NCBI GenBank assembly: GCA_958009085.1
Contig: OY253683.1
Coordinates: forward strand, 186,001-250,000
DNA from: Protoeuglena noctilucae
Taxonomy: Eukaryota
Direction: 5' to 3'
Length of the DNA: 64,000 bases
Part shown: positions 52,061 through 63,645 of the stretch, piece by piece
Layout: each line of letters opens with the position of its first letter
How positions within the stretch are numbered: the stretch's first letter is position 1
Position numbers and translations under genes: made by a program
Notes under the pieces: model-generated
Told to the model about the DNA's origin: nothing
Database searches by the model: none
Seen by the model: the letters and a program-made list of their open reading frames with translations, nothing else

Positions 52061-53086
52061 CCCCGGGGCCCTCGCGGCCCGGTGGTGGCAGCCATGTCGG
52101 CCGCGCCTGCGCCCACAGTGCTTCCCGGCGGCAACGGCGGGACCGCCCTGGCCCCGACCCTGGCCGCCCCGGCAGGCGACCTCGTCCCCCCGCCGGCCCT
52201 GGTGGACCGCATGGTCGCCGCGGGCGCGGCTAAGGCTGCGCTGCCAGCAGACAAGGTCGTGGTGCTGGGCATCCTCGCCGGCGTGTACATCGGGCTCGGG
52301 GCGCTGCTGGCGCTGTCCGTGGGGGGCAACGCCCCCGCGCTGGCGGCGAGCAACCCGGGGCTCCAGAAGTTCCTGTTCGGCGCCATCGGGCTGCCCATGG
52401 GCCTGCTCCTCGTCATCACCACCGGGGCAGAGCTCTTCACGGGCAACACCGCCATCGTCACTATGGCTTACCTCAGGAAGAAGGCCAGCCTGGTGCGTGC
52501 CCTGCCTGTGGCTGCTGCAGAACGTTGACATAGTAGAGCCACCCATCGCCACCCCTAGCCACCCGTCCTTAGCCACTCTCACATCCCCCGGGTTCCTCCC
52601 AGCTCATCCCGCTCCGCACCGCCGCCCTCGCAGGCCCAGCTGGCCAGCAACCTGACCCTGTCATTCTTCGCCAACTTTGCCGGCTGCCTGGTTGTCGCGG
52701 CCCTGGCGGTGGCGGCGGGCGTGCCGACGGCAGCGGCACCCACCGCGGTCGCCGTGGCCAAGACCGGCTACGCCACCTTCTGGACCCCCTTCTTCCGGGG
52801 CGTCATCTGCAACTGGCTCGTCTGCTCCGCGATCCTCCAGGCTACGAGCACCACGTCCTTCGTCGGCCGCTTCTTCGGTGTGCTGTGGCCCATCGCCGGC
52901 TTCGTGGCCATCGGCCTCGAGCACTCGGTCGCGAACATGTGCTTCTTCCCGATCGCCATCGCGCTCGGCGCCCCCGTGACGTGGGGGGCTGTCTGGATGG
53001 CCAACCTGATCCCCGTCACGCTGGGCAACATGGTCAGCGGCTTCCTCGTCGCACTGACCCTCACGAGCGCTTACAAGGAGCAGTAG
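52061..53086 (+). CDS. NAR1: Formate/nitrite transporter (FNT) family channel, NAR1-type; probably the C-terminal part of a NiR-FNT fusion (first internal ATG at 52094)
   Basis: Motifs GILAGVYIGLG, GLLLVITTGAELFTGN, ANFAGC, FFRGVICNWLVC, FVAIGLEHSVANM and NLIPVTLGNMVSG are present, with an intron at 52493-52633. Stop TAG at 53084-53086. Confidence 0.95.
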
Positions 53087-53347
53087 CTGTGCTGCACGGG
53101 CAGTGCTGCACGCCGTGTTGAAGACCGCTCTGTGATGCTCGGGGGCCGCCCAACTATGCCTCAGGCTGGCGGCGGGGTGGGGCTTTCTTCTTCTGGCAGG
53201 TAGGGTCATGAGGTCCCCACATCCTCTCCCTGAATCCTCACCGGTCAAAAGAGAACGTGGCGAAAGGGAATGGGCTAAAGTGTTAGCGGGTGTAGACAAA
53301 TCTTCAATCGCATCTGCAAGGGGCTTCTTCTGCAGCTTCACAGCGCG

Positions 53348-54637
53348 ATGGCCGCGCGCTCAGGGCGTGAATCGCCTTTCAAAAGTGACATCTGCAAGGG
53401 TGAGACTTGCTCGCATCGCCTCGCGTCTGGAAACGCCGCAGCAAGTGTTATTTTGACGCATTTCGGCCTCGCACACAGAGCAAGTGGTTCTGGTCACCGG
53501 AGGCGGCAGCGGCATTGGCCTGGAGATCACGCGGCAATTGCTCGAACATGGAGCTCGTGGCGTCGTCATCCTGGGGCGGAAAGGTGCGGATTGGGAGCCA
53601 GCGCGATTGGATATTTGCGAGTCGCAATGTTATGATCGATTGGACTCTTGCGGCCTGTGAGCGCAGCGGACATGATACGGGGCGCCGTGGCTGCGCTCGA
53701 GGAAGCCGGGTTTGCCGGGCGCATCCACAGCGTGGCGGGGGACGTGCGCAACTACAGCGACTGTGCCGGTGCCGTGCAAGCAGCGGGGGACAAGTTCGGG
53801 AAGCTGACGGTGCTGGTCAATTGCGCCGCGGGTAACTTCTTGGTGAGTCCCTGGCCTCGGCTGGCAGCGCAGAGGCGCACAACAGGCGCTCAGGGGTGGC
53901 ATTCCTCGGTGCCGTGTCGCGCAGGCGCCAGCATCGGTTCTAACACCCGGGGGCTTCAAGACGGTGTTCGACATCGACGCCCTCGGCACATTCCACTGCT
54001 GCAAGGCCGCCTACGAGGACCTGCTGGCCACCCGCGGCTTGGTGGTGAACATCAGTATGACCTTGCATTACACGGCCACGTTCTACCAGGCCCACGCCTG
54101 CGCCGCCAAGGCCGCGGTCGACACGCTGACCCGCAACCTCGCTCTCGAGTGGGGCTACCAGGGCATCCGCGTGAACGGCGTGGCGCCCGGCCCCATCGCC
54201 AACACGGCGGGCATGGCCAAGCTGGACCCCAAGGGCCGCGCGGCACCCGTGAGGACCCACCACGTTGCGCGCACATGACCCGACTCGTGCGAACCCACGT
54301 ACCCGCGGCGAAGAAAACGCCCTCCCGCCCTCCGCCGCCGCAGGACCGCAGCGGGCGCCCGGAGGACCGCATGATGCAGGACCCCATCCCGCTGGGGCGC
54401 ATGGGCGAGGCGTGGGACGTGGCCATGGCCGTGCTCTACCTCGTAAGCCCGGGTGCCACGTGGGTCACCGGCCACACGGTCGTCGTGGACGGCGGAAACA
54501 TGCTCTGGCGCCCGCCCGTCGTGAGCCCCGACAAGGTCGTGCAGGTCTCGCGGGCCGTCGAGGCGCAGAGCCGGGCGCCCGAGGGCGGCATGGCCGCCGC
54601 GGCCGCCACGCCCGCGCCCCCTCGCAGCCGCATGTGA
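53348..54637 (+). CDS. DECR2: Peroxisomal 2,4-dienoyl-CoA reductase (SDR family)
   Basis: Motifs SPFKSDICK, VLVTGGGSGIG, LVNCAAGNFL, IDALGTF, QAHACAAKAAVD, IRVNGVAPGPI and VVDGG are present. The C-terminus is the PTS1 signal SRM*. Confidence 0.9.
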
Positions 54638-54702
54638 CGGCAACAACTCAGTGCTGGAACAGAGTCAAAGTCGGCTCAAGCTGAGAGACAGCGCGTCGCG
54701 TC

Positions 54703-55624
54703 TCACGCGGCGTCGGGGTCCTTGGAGGCCCGGAGGATCCGCCCGTTGCCCTCGAAGACCGTGACGACCGGCTGCGCGTCGCCCGCCCCCTCCAGCCTAC
54801 GCTCGGCGTCCTTCACCGCCGCGAGGGCCAGGGCGTCCACCTGGAGCCCCACCCCGGGGATGAGGGCCATGAAGCGCTCGATGCCGCGGGCCATGTCGCC
54901 ACGGAGGAGGAGCCCGGGGCGGTAGATGGACAGGGAGGGGAAGCCCTGCTGCCGCGCCGCCTCCTCCGCGAGGCCCTTGACGCGGCAGTACAGCAGCGCG
55001 TGGAAGAGCACGAAGTCGCTCGCCCAGAGGTTCTTGTTCGCGCCTTGCGCCGATATGAGCGAGAAGTGCCTGGCGCCGGCGGCCTGGGAGCGGCGAGCGG
55101 TCCCATTTAGCGTGATGCGGAGGCAGCGCGCTGTGCAGGCTGCTGTGTAGGCTGTGGGGGCGCCGCACCTTGGCAGCTGCAGCGGTGGCGGACACGCTGT
55201 GAAGATCGACGGCTCGGAAGGCCTCGGCGCTGCCTGCGACTGCGCGCGTAGTGCCGAGCGCCGTGAAGACCGCGTCGGCGCCCTGCGAGAGGCATGAAAT
55301 GTGACGGTAAGGGCCACCCGCTCCATGTGCCAGCATTTGGGAGCGCCCCTGGCCACGCGTCGCGCTGTTTCTCGCCTTGAACGCGGAGGCGCTGTTGGGT
55401 GACTCGAGAAACGCGCGCACGTCCGGAACGACGACGGATTTGAGCCGCTTGAGGTCGAGACCCGCGTCCTTGAACTTGTCTGGGATCGCAGCCTGCGCAT
55501 CGCGGCGCCCGACCACTGTGACCTCTTCCCACGCTGGGCGGGTGAGCAGGTACCCCAATATGTACGATCCCGTGGCCCCAGTGCCGCCCAGCAGCACAGC
55601 CCGCTTGCCCTTCTGGGTGGCCAT
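54703..55624 (-). CDS. HTATIP2: HTATIP2/TIP30-like NAD(P)-binding oxidoreductase
   Basis: Motifs VLLGGTGATG, VTVVGRR, FTALGTTRAVAGSAEAFRAVD, HFSLISAQGAN, LYCRVKGLAE and SIYRPGLL are present. Confidence 0.85.
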
Positions 55625-55980
55625 TGCAACGAGAATATTCAAGCGCAGGAGGAGAGGAAACGAAGCAAAGAGCGACTCGGGGTCAAGGGCGGACCAGAAA
55701 ATGCCCAGAAAATGCCTAGTGGCCTAGGGACTAGCAAGGGAAACTCTTTATCACTGCGTCGCGCGTGACACTGCGTCGCGCCAGATCACGGAACTGGCAG
55801 AGCAGAGACAAGAAGCGCCGATCGCGAATGCAGCAGTAGTGAAGCTCTAATGACGATACCACACGAGTCGAAGGAAACGGAGGGGAAGGGCGCAACTCAC
55901 AAAGCTCTCAGCTCTCTCTCTGCCTCGGCCGTGGAAGGGGGCGACGACAGCATCCAACACGCGCGGGCGATACGCCGGTG

Positions 55981-58726
55981 TCACCGGCACCCGCACACGA
56001 GCCGGCGCCACACCGAGGGGCGCTGGGTGGACCCCGGCGAAGACGCGTGGCTCCCCGCCGCAGAGGACCGGTCCCCGCGGCTCCCCGGGGCCCCCGACTG
56101 AGACGACGGGTGGCTCCCAGACTGTTCCTCGAACCGGTTGACCCCGCGGGACTCGGGGACCGAGCCCAGCAGCGCGCCCCCCTTGCGCGGCTGCAGCTCG
56201 AGAGCCGGGGGCGCCTCTGGGCGCTCCATGGTCCACGGCGCGTCGAGGGGCTGGCTCGCACGGTTCGACAGGGTGCCGACCGACCGGCGATCCGGGCCCG
56301 AGCGGCGCGGGGCCGGCGTCGCCGGCGCCGTGCCCAGGCTGGCGCGCATCCCGCTGACTGGCAGGCCGGCCTCACTGCGGCACACGGGCGAGGGAGTGTG
56401 TGTCGGAAGCGGCAGAGGGCTGGCCAAGTATTCATGGCAGTGCTCTCGTCAGCACAGCACATATTGTGCACCACCCGTCCATCCGATCCATGATCACCTT
56501 GTGACGCGGCGCATGCTAGCCGGGCTGGTGGGATGCACGGGCGGGTGCCCCGCCGCGTGGTCTGACTGGGGCCTGAGCACTCGGCTGGCCTGCAGGCGAA
56601 GCAAAGGTAGCGTTCGTCGTGCTCGTGCAACCAGCGCAGCTGCTGGTATGCCGAGCTAACTGGAAGACCGGAACACGGTTGCTGGTGAGTTGGACTCACC
56701 GACGTCGACTCTGGCGACTGCGTATCGTCTTGGGGGCTGCCTGACCCCGACTCGAGGACAGCGGAGCGGATGATGCCCCCCGCGCGCCTGCCGCGCTGTG
56801 GCGCCCTCCCAGCCCGCTGCTCGGTTGGCGCCTCCGCCCTGGCATCAAAACTGCGGAAGAGGACCCAAGTTGGGTTGACAATGCGCGGGGGACGGCGGCT
56901 GTCATGGTCATACACGACACCACCCGGTGCCACGACCTGTGGCCACGTAACGCACCTGCGGCTGGCTGGGCGAGACGACCCCCTCCCTGCGCGGTGCCGC
57001 AGCCGCGAGATCCACGGCATGCTGCTGGCGGAGAAGTTGCTTGGGTGCATGCGCTTCCACCTCTTGTCGCCCATGTGCGCCTTGATGAGGGCGTGGTTGT
57101 ACAGCTCCGCCGCTGCAAACAGCGCGTGGCAGGAAAGGGCTTACACGTAGAGGTAGCATCACACTTGCAAAAAAGCCAACCATCAGACAGGCCTCCTGAG
57201 CCATTCGACCCCATCGTCTCACCCGAGGGTCTCTTCACGGCGTTCCACTCCAGGCATCTGCGGATGAAGTCCGCCGCGTCGGGGCTCAAGGACCCGAACT
57301 CGGGCCGCGCATCTAACGGCTTGACCATGCTCTCCAAAACCTGGCCGTAGGACTCCCCAGAGAACAGCTCTGCGTCACGGAGAGGCAAGGCATAGGTGTG
57401 GTGGGTCATGGGTAATGGGTGGCGCGTGTCACGAGGAGGGGTTATCGACCGTGCCCACCACGGCGCTCCACGCTGCGCTGCGCCGGCAGCAGTCCCTCAC
57501 CCGTCCCGACCAGCAGGTCCCAGGCCAGCACTCCCAGGGACCAGATGTCCACGGCCGGCCCGTACTCGTCGCGCTTGTGCCTCGGCACCTCGTGGCGGCG
57601 CACTGACCGCATCGAGTCCGTCGACTTGGGCGACAGCGCGCCGTCCACCGTGGGCAGCCCGCTGCTGGACGCCTCGACCAGGCTGGAGCCCCCCTGCGGC
57701 ACCTCCCCAGCGCTCTGCGAGACACGGTCCCTGTCGCCCCCGGCAGAGAACCGATCCTTTGTCACCCCGGAGGCCATCATGACCTCTGGCGCCATGCACC
57801 CGACCGTCCCCGCCTCGCTCAACGCCCGCTTGTGCCTCGCCGTCTGCCGGGCCACCCCGAAGTCCGCCAGGTACACGGTGCTGTGCTCGCCGAGCAACAC
57901 GTTCTCGACCTTGACGTCCCTATGGATGATGTCCTGGCCGTGAAGGTACGCGAGGGCGCTCAGGAGCGGGCCCAGGACGTACTGCGAACAATGACGCAGG
58001 GCAGGCAATTCAGTAGCACTGTGTGATGCTTGCACACGCCGAGCTCCAAACACCTTAATGCATTCCCCTCATCTGCTATGCTACAGAGTGCCCGGCGCGA
58101 TCTGTTTCGACCCACCTTGGCGATGGAGCGATCCGAGCGGTCCATGAGCGGGGCGATGTTCATGAGGTCCCCCATTGTGCTTTGCATGACCAGGCAGAGG
58201 AAGTCCCTGTCCTGGAAGGCCGCCCATAGCGGGAGGATGGCGGGGTGGTCTGCGGACGTGTCAAAAGGCACAAGCACGGTCGCACAGAAGGTCGCAGGAG
58301 GGGCGCATCACACGGCTGTGTTGCTCTCGGTCTCACCGAGGGACGCGTGCAGCGCTGCCTCGGTGACAGCCTCGCGCCTGCGGCTGGCGGCGGCGCCCCG
58401 CAAGTCAAAGACCTTGAGGACGACCGCGCGCTGCGTCTCCTTGTCGACGGCACGGTGGAGGCTGCACTCGGCGCTGCCCGCGAGCCTGTGAGGAGCAGGG
58501 AGGGCAGGGAGCCATGGCGCTTCTGCTCACACCCCCAAGTGTTTCGAGACCGTGGGCTCTCGCCTCACCTCTCGCCCCAAGCAAACCGCGCCACCGTCCA
58601 GTTCGTGCTCGCCGCCACGTCATCGGGGCAGTTGGGCCCCAGGCGCAGGAGGCCGCCAGGGATGACGGGCTCCTGAGACGGCTGGACCTGCGTGCACAGG
58701 GGCTCCGGGAGCGCGCTCGCTGGCAT
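55981..58726 (-). CDS. Ser/Thr protein kinase (Aurora-like algal group) with a low-complexity C-terminal tail
   Basis: Motifs VVLK, alphaC Glu (EAALHASL), HPAIL, IIHRDVKVENVLL, ADFG, MAPE, VDIWSLGV and FIRRCL...KRPS are present. The 3' end is approximate. Confidence 0.85.
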
Positions 58727-59523
58727 GTAGCAATGAATATGATCGGAAAAAAGCATCGCGACCAGCCTGGTCTTCGAATCTTGGCTGGATTTGCTGGATG
58801 GGGCGGTAACAGGCGTGCAAGGCGCAAGCGTGCGCGCGCCAAGATAGGGCGCCGCTTGGGGCGGCGCGAGCCACGTCGTGCTAACAGCGGAAAAAAGAGA
58901 CCGAGGAAATGCATACGGACGTGGGAAGTGAGCTGCCGGCCCAACCCTCTCATCCACCAAATGCGCGCGTCATTGCGGGACACCACACCCCGCGTCCGCA
59001 TCACATCAACCTAAGTTGCGAGCATTTTCATTGTGAGGGCTGCACGGGCCTCCCATACAGGGTCGCCAATGTCCCGCCCACTGGCCGAGCCACCGCGCGA
59101 CGCTCTGGGGTGCTCACGACACTCGATGTCATCCCAATGATCGCGCGGCATGCTGGGTTGGCGCAGACTGCCACTCACCTGCATGCTAGCCGGGCTTAAA
59201 TGCGACGCCTCCCAGCGTGACAACCCGATCCCCGATCCCTGGGGATCGCCGACGAGCCTGTTGTTTGCACGTGGCCCGTTCAGCGCCTCCCGGCCCGCCT
59301 CGAGGGGCCCAGAGCGGTCGTTTGAGTGCGTCGGCTGTTTCCCACGTTGCCACGGATCCCCAGCGCGGATGATTGCGCGCGCGAGCCGGAGCAGCACAAT
59401 TTAATCATGTGATGCGGCCTGGCCGTCCGCCGACGGCAGGACTGCCCCCCCCGCGCGCGGGCGGGCCCGGATACTCCGTAGCCATGAGCCACCGGGGAAT
59501 GACCTGGGTCCCTGACTCGCCGC

Positions 59524-62056
59524 CTAAATCCCCATCGCGGCGCGTGCCACGGCGTTCAGGGCATCCCCCTTACGCAGCTGCTCCGCCTCGAGCTCCTCCA
59601 GCCTCCGGCGCTCCGCCTCCTGCGCCGCACGCTGCTCGGCGCGCTTCTGCTCGGGGTCCACCTCGTCCACGAGCACCTCCCACCCAGGCGCCACGCCCAT
59701 GGATGCCAGAGTGCTGATGTCGGGCTGCGGCGGCGGCGGGCGCTCGAGTCTGGCACACCAGCAGGCTCTACCATACGCCCCGCATGGGCTGCACAACTTG
59801 CCTCCTCGACGGGCTCCGGAACCGGGTTGCCCGGCGCCCGCACAAACAGAGACATGCGAGCGGGCTGGACGTTGAAGAGCTTCGCGCACATGACCCTCAG
59901 CTGCCCGACCGTGAGCCGCGCGGGGAGCTTCTGGGAGCGCAAGGGCAGGGTCTCTTCTCGCATGCCCACGCTCACAGACGCTATCCACGAGGTCGAACGG
60001 CAGAAGCCCGATTCACAAGTCACCTTGACTTGCGTCCCCATGGACGCCCCCTTGCTGCTCGCGACGCTCGTCAGCTTCAGCTCCAACAGCGAACTCTCCA
60101 GCGACCCCGCCTCCTGCGAGCTCGGCATGCAACCGGACTTCGGCTCGCGACACAGCGCCGCGCCGCACGACGTCACGACTTGCGCTGCGCTCATCCGCCC
60201 CAGCCCCGCGCCGCCTGCCTGGGACGTGGCGGCACCCAGGGCCTCCCCGTACAACGACCTCAGCTCGTGATACCTCGGGTGCCGGCGCGAGACCTCGTCG
60301 TCCGCGGCGCCCGTCTCCGACGCCCACGCCGACACGCTCCGCACGTATCGCACTTCGGCGTCCCTTCGCTCGCTGGGCCGCACCGCGCTCCTGCAGGACG
60401 CGCACCCGTGCGGCCCATCTGACGGGGTGGCTGCGTCCCGACACGCCCGGCATGCGCAACGCGCCCGGCCCCGCGGCTCACCCGTTGAGAGTCTTAAGCC
60501 TGGCCATGCGCGCCACGACCTCAAAGCGGCCCCCGCCCGGCGCCCCATCGCCCAGGGGAGTGCCCGAGAGCCGCAACTCCGCGAGAGCCGGAAACTGCGC
60601 CATAGCATCCACGGAAGCCCAGTCCGAGATCCCGCAGCCTCCGAGGAGCAAAGCCGTGAGCCTCTCAAAGCCTCCCTCGCACCGCACGTCGCTGACGTGG
60701 GCGTTGCCAGCCAGGTGCAGCCGCTCCAGGGCGGGCCAGTGCTTCAGACGCTCCACCTCCACCCACCCCTCGAGTCGGTTGTGGTCCAGCGCCAGGTGAC
60801 GGAGCCTGGCCAGCGCCGGGCACTCGTGTGGCGTCGCAGGCGCGTCGTCCAAACGCCGTATCTCGTTGTGGCACAGATGCAGCTCCTCCAGATCCGTCGC
60901 GGCACCCAGGGCACGCAACGCGCCACCCAGCGTCACCCCCGTGCGGTTTAAGACCACGACACGCAGCCGAGACAGAGCCGGGACTGCACGCGGTGACACA
61001 GGCAGACTGCTCAGCATCAGAGTGAGTGACGGTGCGATAGGTGGCATAACGTCGCAGCAGCCATATAGCTCACCGCCACCCTCGGGCACCGGCCCCAGCC
61101 GCGCCCGGCTCAGGTCGAGCGCCACCAGCGACGGCAGCTTGGAAGCCACGGCGCCCACCGCGGCCCACGAAGGGAGCAGGGACCCAGACAGGTCCAGCTC
61201 CTCCAGCAGCGGCGCAAGATCCCTGCGAATCCATGGAAGCGCGAGTCTCGTTACAAGACACGCTCTGCGTGCCCAGAGTTGCGGCGCCATGCCCTGCCCT
61301 GCCTGGGCCACTCGCCCCAGCGATTCGCCGTCGTCCTCGGCGTGGGTCACGCCGGCGTCCACGAGCACGGCGGTCCGTAGCCTGCCCGTGTCCCCGAAAC
61401 GCTTCTCCGCCTTCTCTTTCCCCACCAACTCGATCGGCTTCGTGCCCCCCTTGGCGGTGGCCACCACCAACTCTGGGGCCCAAGTCACACTCCCTTGCAT
61501 CGGAGCATGACGATGGGATTGCAGATACTCAGCACGCGCGCCCCGCTCGTCGCACACGTCCCGCTTGCCGCCCCCAGAGTCCCTGAAACGTACCTGACGA
61601 TGCCGGCCCGCTCCCGTCATCCGCGACTTGATATCGCGTCCTCAAAGCGTGGTAGAGGCTGACCCGAGGGTTCGCCTTTTCCGGACGCACGAACGATCCC
61701 GCCACGGGGCCCCCCTCGCAGGAGAAATAGCGCACCCCGCCCAGCGACCCGTCGTGCTTGCCCCGGGTCGGGTCGTCCCATTCGACCCCGACCCATTCCC
61801 CGTCGTAATTCCCAACGGGTCCAACGTAGCGAACTGCGGGGAGTCCGCCCGACACGCGTGCGACTTCATTTTTGTCTCTGAGCTGTCACTCCCTCCCCAC
61901 GCCTCCCGCGATCGGCAGAGGGCGGGAGTCTCGTGGCCATCGCATACAGCGTCGGCAAAGAGCCGGCAGATGCATCCGGTGTCCATTCTCGGCCTCACCC
62001 GTCCCGGCGCTGTTGCCCACGGCCACGCGGTCCCCTATTGCCATGCCTGACGGCAT
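59524..62056 (-). CDS. TBCE: Tubulin-folding cofactor E (CAP-Gly, LRR and ubiquitin-like domains)
   Basis: The CAP-Gly reads IGDRVAV...GT|VRYVGPV...WVGVEWDDPTRGKHDGS. LRRs include LEELDLSGS, LEELHLCHNEI and LRHLALDHNRL. The UBL reads QKLPARLTVGQLRVMCAKLF. The start is ATG 62056 or 62044. Confidence 0.92.
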
Positions 62057-62443
62057 GCGCGCCCCAGCCTAGCAACTCCCGTCTTCGCAAGTGCAGGACC
62101 AAAGTCATTTTCAACGCTGACACATCGGAATGCTGCTTCAGTGTTAAGGGTTCTACCCTCTGGCGCTGCAGCACAGCTGGCCCGCTCTAGAGCTTGCGGA
62201 TGCCTTGGGATCGGTCTCTTCTCAATGGACCAGTGGACGAGTAGCGTATCTTCGCCGCCTACAAGGATGATGGACATCGACCTCGAGAACCCGTGAGCCA
62301 GCAGCCCGTGTTATCCGAGCTAGAGCACCCGTAGTGCGGCCGTGGGGAGGTGTTTCCCCGTCTGGGGCAGAACCCGTATCATTCAGGGAGGATGCTGACA
62401 CGTGCTGACACTTGCGATCACTTGTGGTCGCTCCTATTCAGTA

Positions 62444-63645
62444 TCATGCGCCCACACCCGGCCCGTAGAAGTCGACGGTCCTGTCGTTGAGGGGCTGCGT
62501 GTTCCGGAAGTTGAGGTAGATACCGCGCTCCAGGCCCGAAGACTGGCCCACGTACCTCATGAACTGCAGGACCTGCCCCGCTGCAAGCACCGCACGAGGG
62601 GCCTTCCGGGCATGTCATCTGGCGCTGGCCGCCGCAGGGCAAGCACTGCCACCACCCTCACCCGAGACCAACACGGGCTGCAGGTAGACGAACCACCTCA
62701 CGCCTTGCGTGCATGGTGGCGTGGTCAGGGAACCCACGTACGCCGCGGCGGCAGAGTCCACGGGTAGCAGCGCCCGTGGATCGATGGCCCCGCCACCCCG
62801 CGTGTCCAGTGTCGCTGCCCCATTCTTAGCCTGCACGGGCAGCACAACACACATGCAGGGCGTCGGTCCCAGAGACCCCGAGAGTGAGCTGGGTGCACAT
62901 ATCCCATATGCTCAGCCCCGCACACCTGGTCCAGGGCCGCTTGCACGAACGCATTGGCCTTCGGTCCCTCCTCCAACAAAACGCCCACGACCGCCACGGT
63001 GCCGTCGTCAACAGCCTCGTGAACGCAGTGCGCCTCCATCACGTGACTCGTGCCCTGGACTGTGTGCTCTGACGGCACGTGGAAGTGGATCTGGCGTAAC
63101 CTGGAGCCATAGCAGCTGTCGAGCGTCAGGAGCGGGACGCGTGCTGCACCGGATGAGCGCCACGCTGCAGGGCTCACGACGTGATCGCGCCTCCTGAGCA
63201 TACGGCGGACTCACGTGAATGGGCTCCCGGCGATGAGAGTCTGTATTTCGTGCTCGAACGTGACCACAAACGTGCCGTGGCCCGAGTCCGTCACGTTGGC
63301 GCGCGAGGGGAGCCAGAGGTGCTGAAGCGGCACGTCTGGCCCCGCGTGATGGGCGTGACTCCCGCTGGGGTCCAAATCGATGGGACTCTGCGCCCTGCCC
63401 CCTCGGCACACGCCCCGCCACAGCTGCGGCCCTGCCAGGTGCCCGTAGCTCCACCCCTCCGCGTCTACACGACCGCGAAGGGCCTTGGCAGCATGCTTGG
63501 CACACACCATGCATGCGATGAGCACGAGAGCCCGCGAAACCCAGCGGAGGGCCGGGATGGCGGGCTCGGGCGGGGAGGCCTGCCCAGAAGGCTCGCCCTC
63601 CTTGCCCAGCACGGCCGCCTCTACATCTGAGGCTTCTGTCTTCAT
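62444..63645 (-). CDS. Alpha-carbonic anhydrase with an N-terminal hydrophobic anchor or signal
   Basis: Motifs WSYG...GPQLW, QSPIDL, QIHFHVPSEH, MEAHCVH (three His zinc ligands), YVGSLTTPPCTQGVRW and NFRNTQPLNDR are present. Stop TGA at 62444-62446. Confidence 0.93.

Noticed and set aside
51757..52233. NiR ending by read-through at TAA 52231-52233 as a separate gene overlapping the FNT gene
   Set aside because: It would add about 98 non-conserved residues and overlap the FNT coding region in another frame. The clean GT-AG in-frame splice is more parsimonious, though the alternative is not excluded without RNA data.
48913..53086. Complete nitrate assimilation cluster
   Set aside because: No nitrate reductase, NRT2, NAR2 or molybdenum cofactor genes are recognisable in this window. 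Only the nitrite steps are present.
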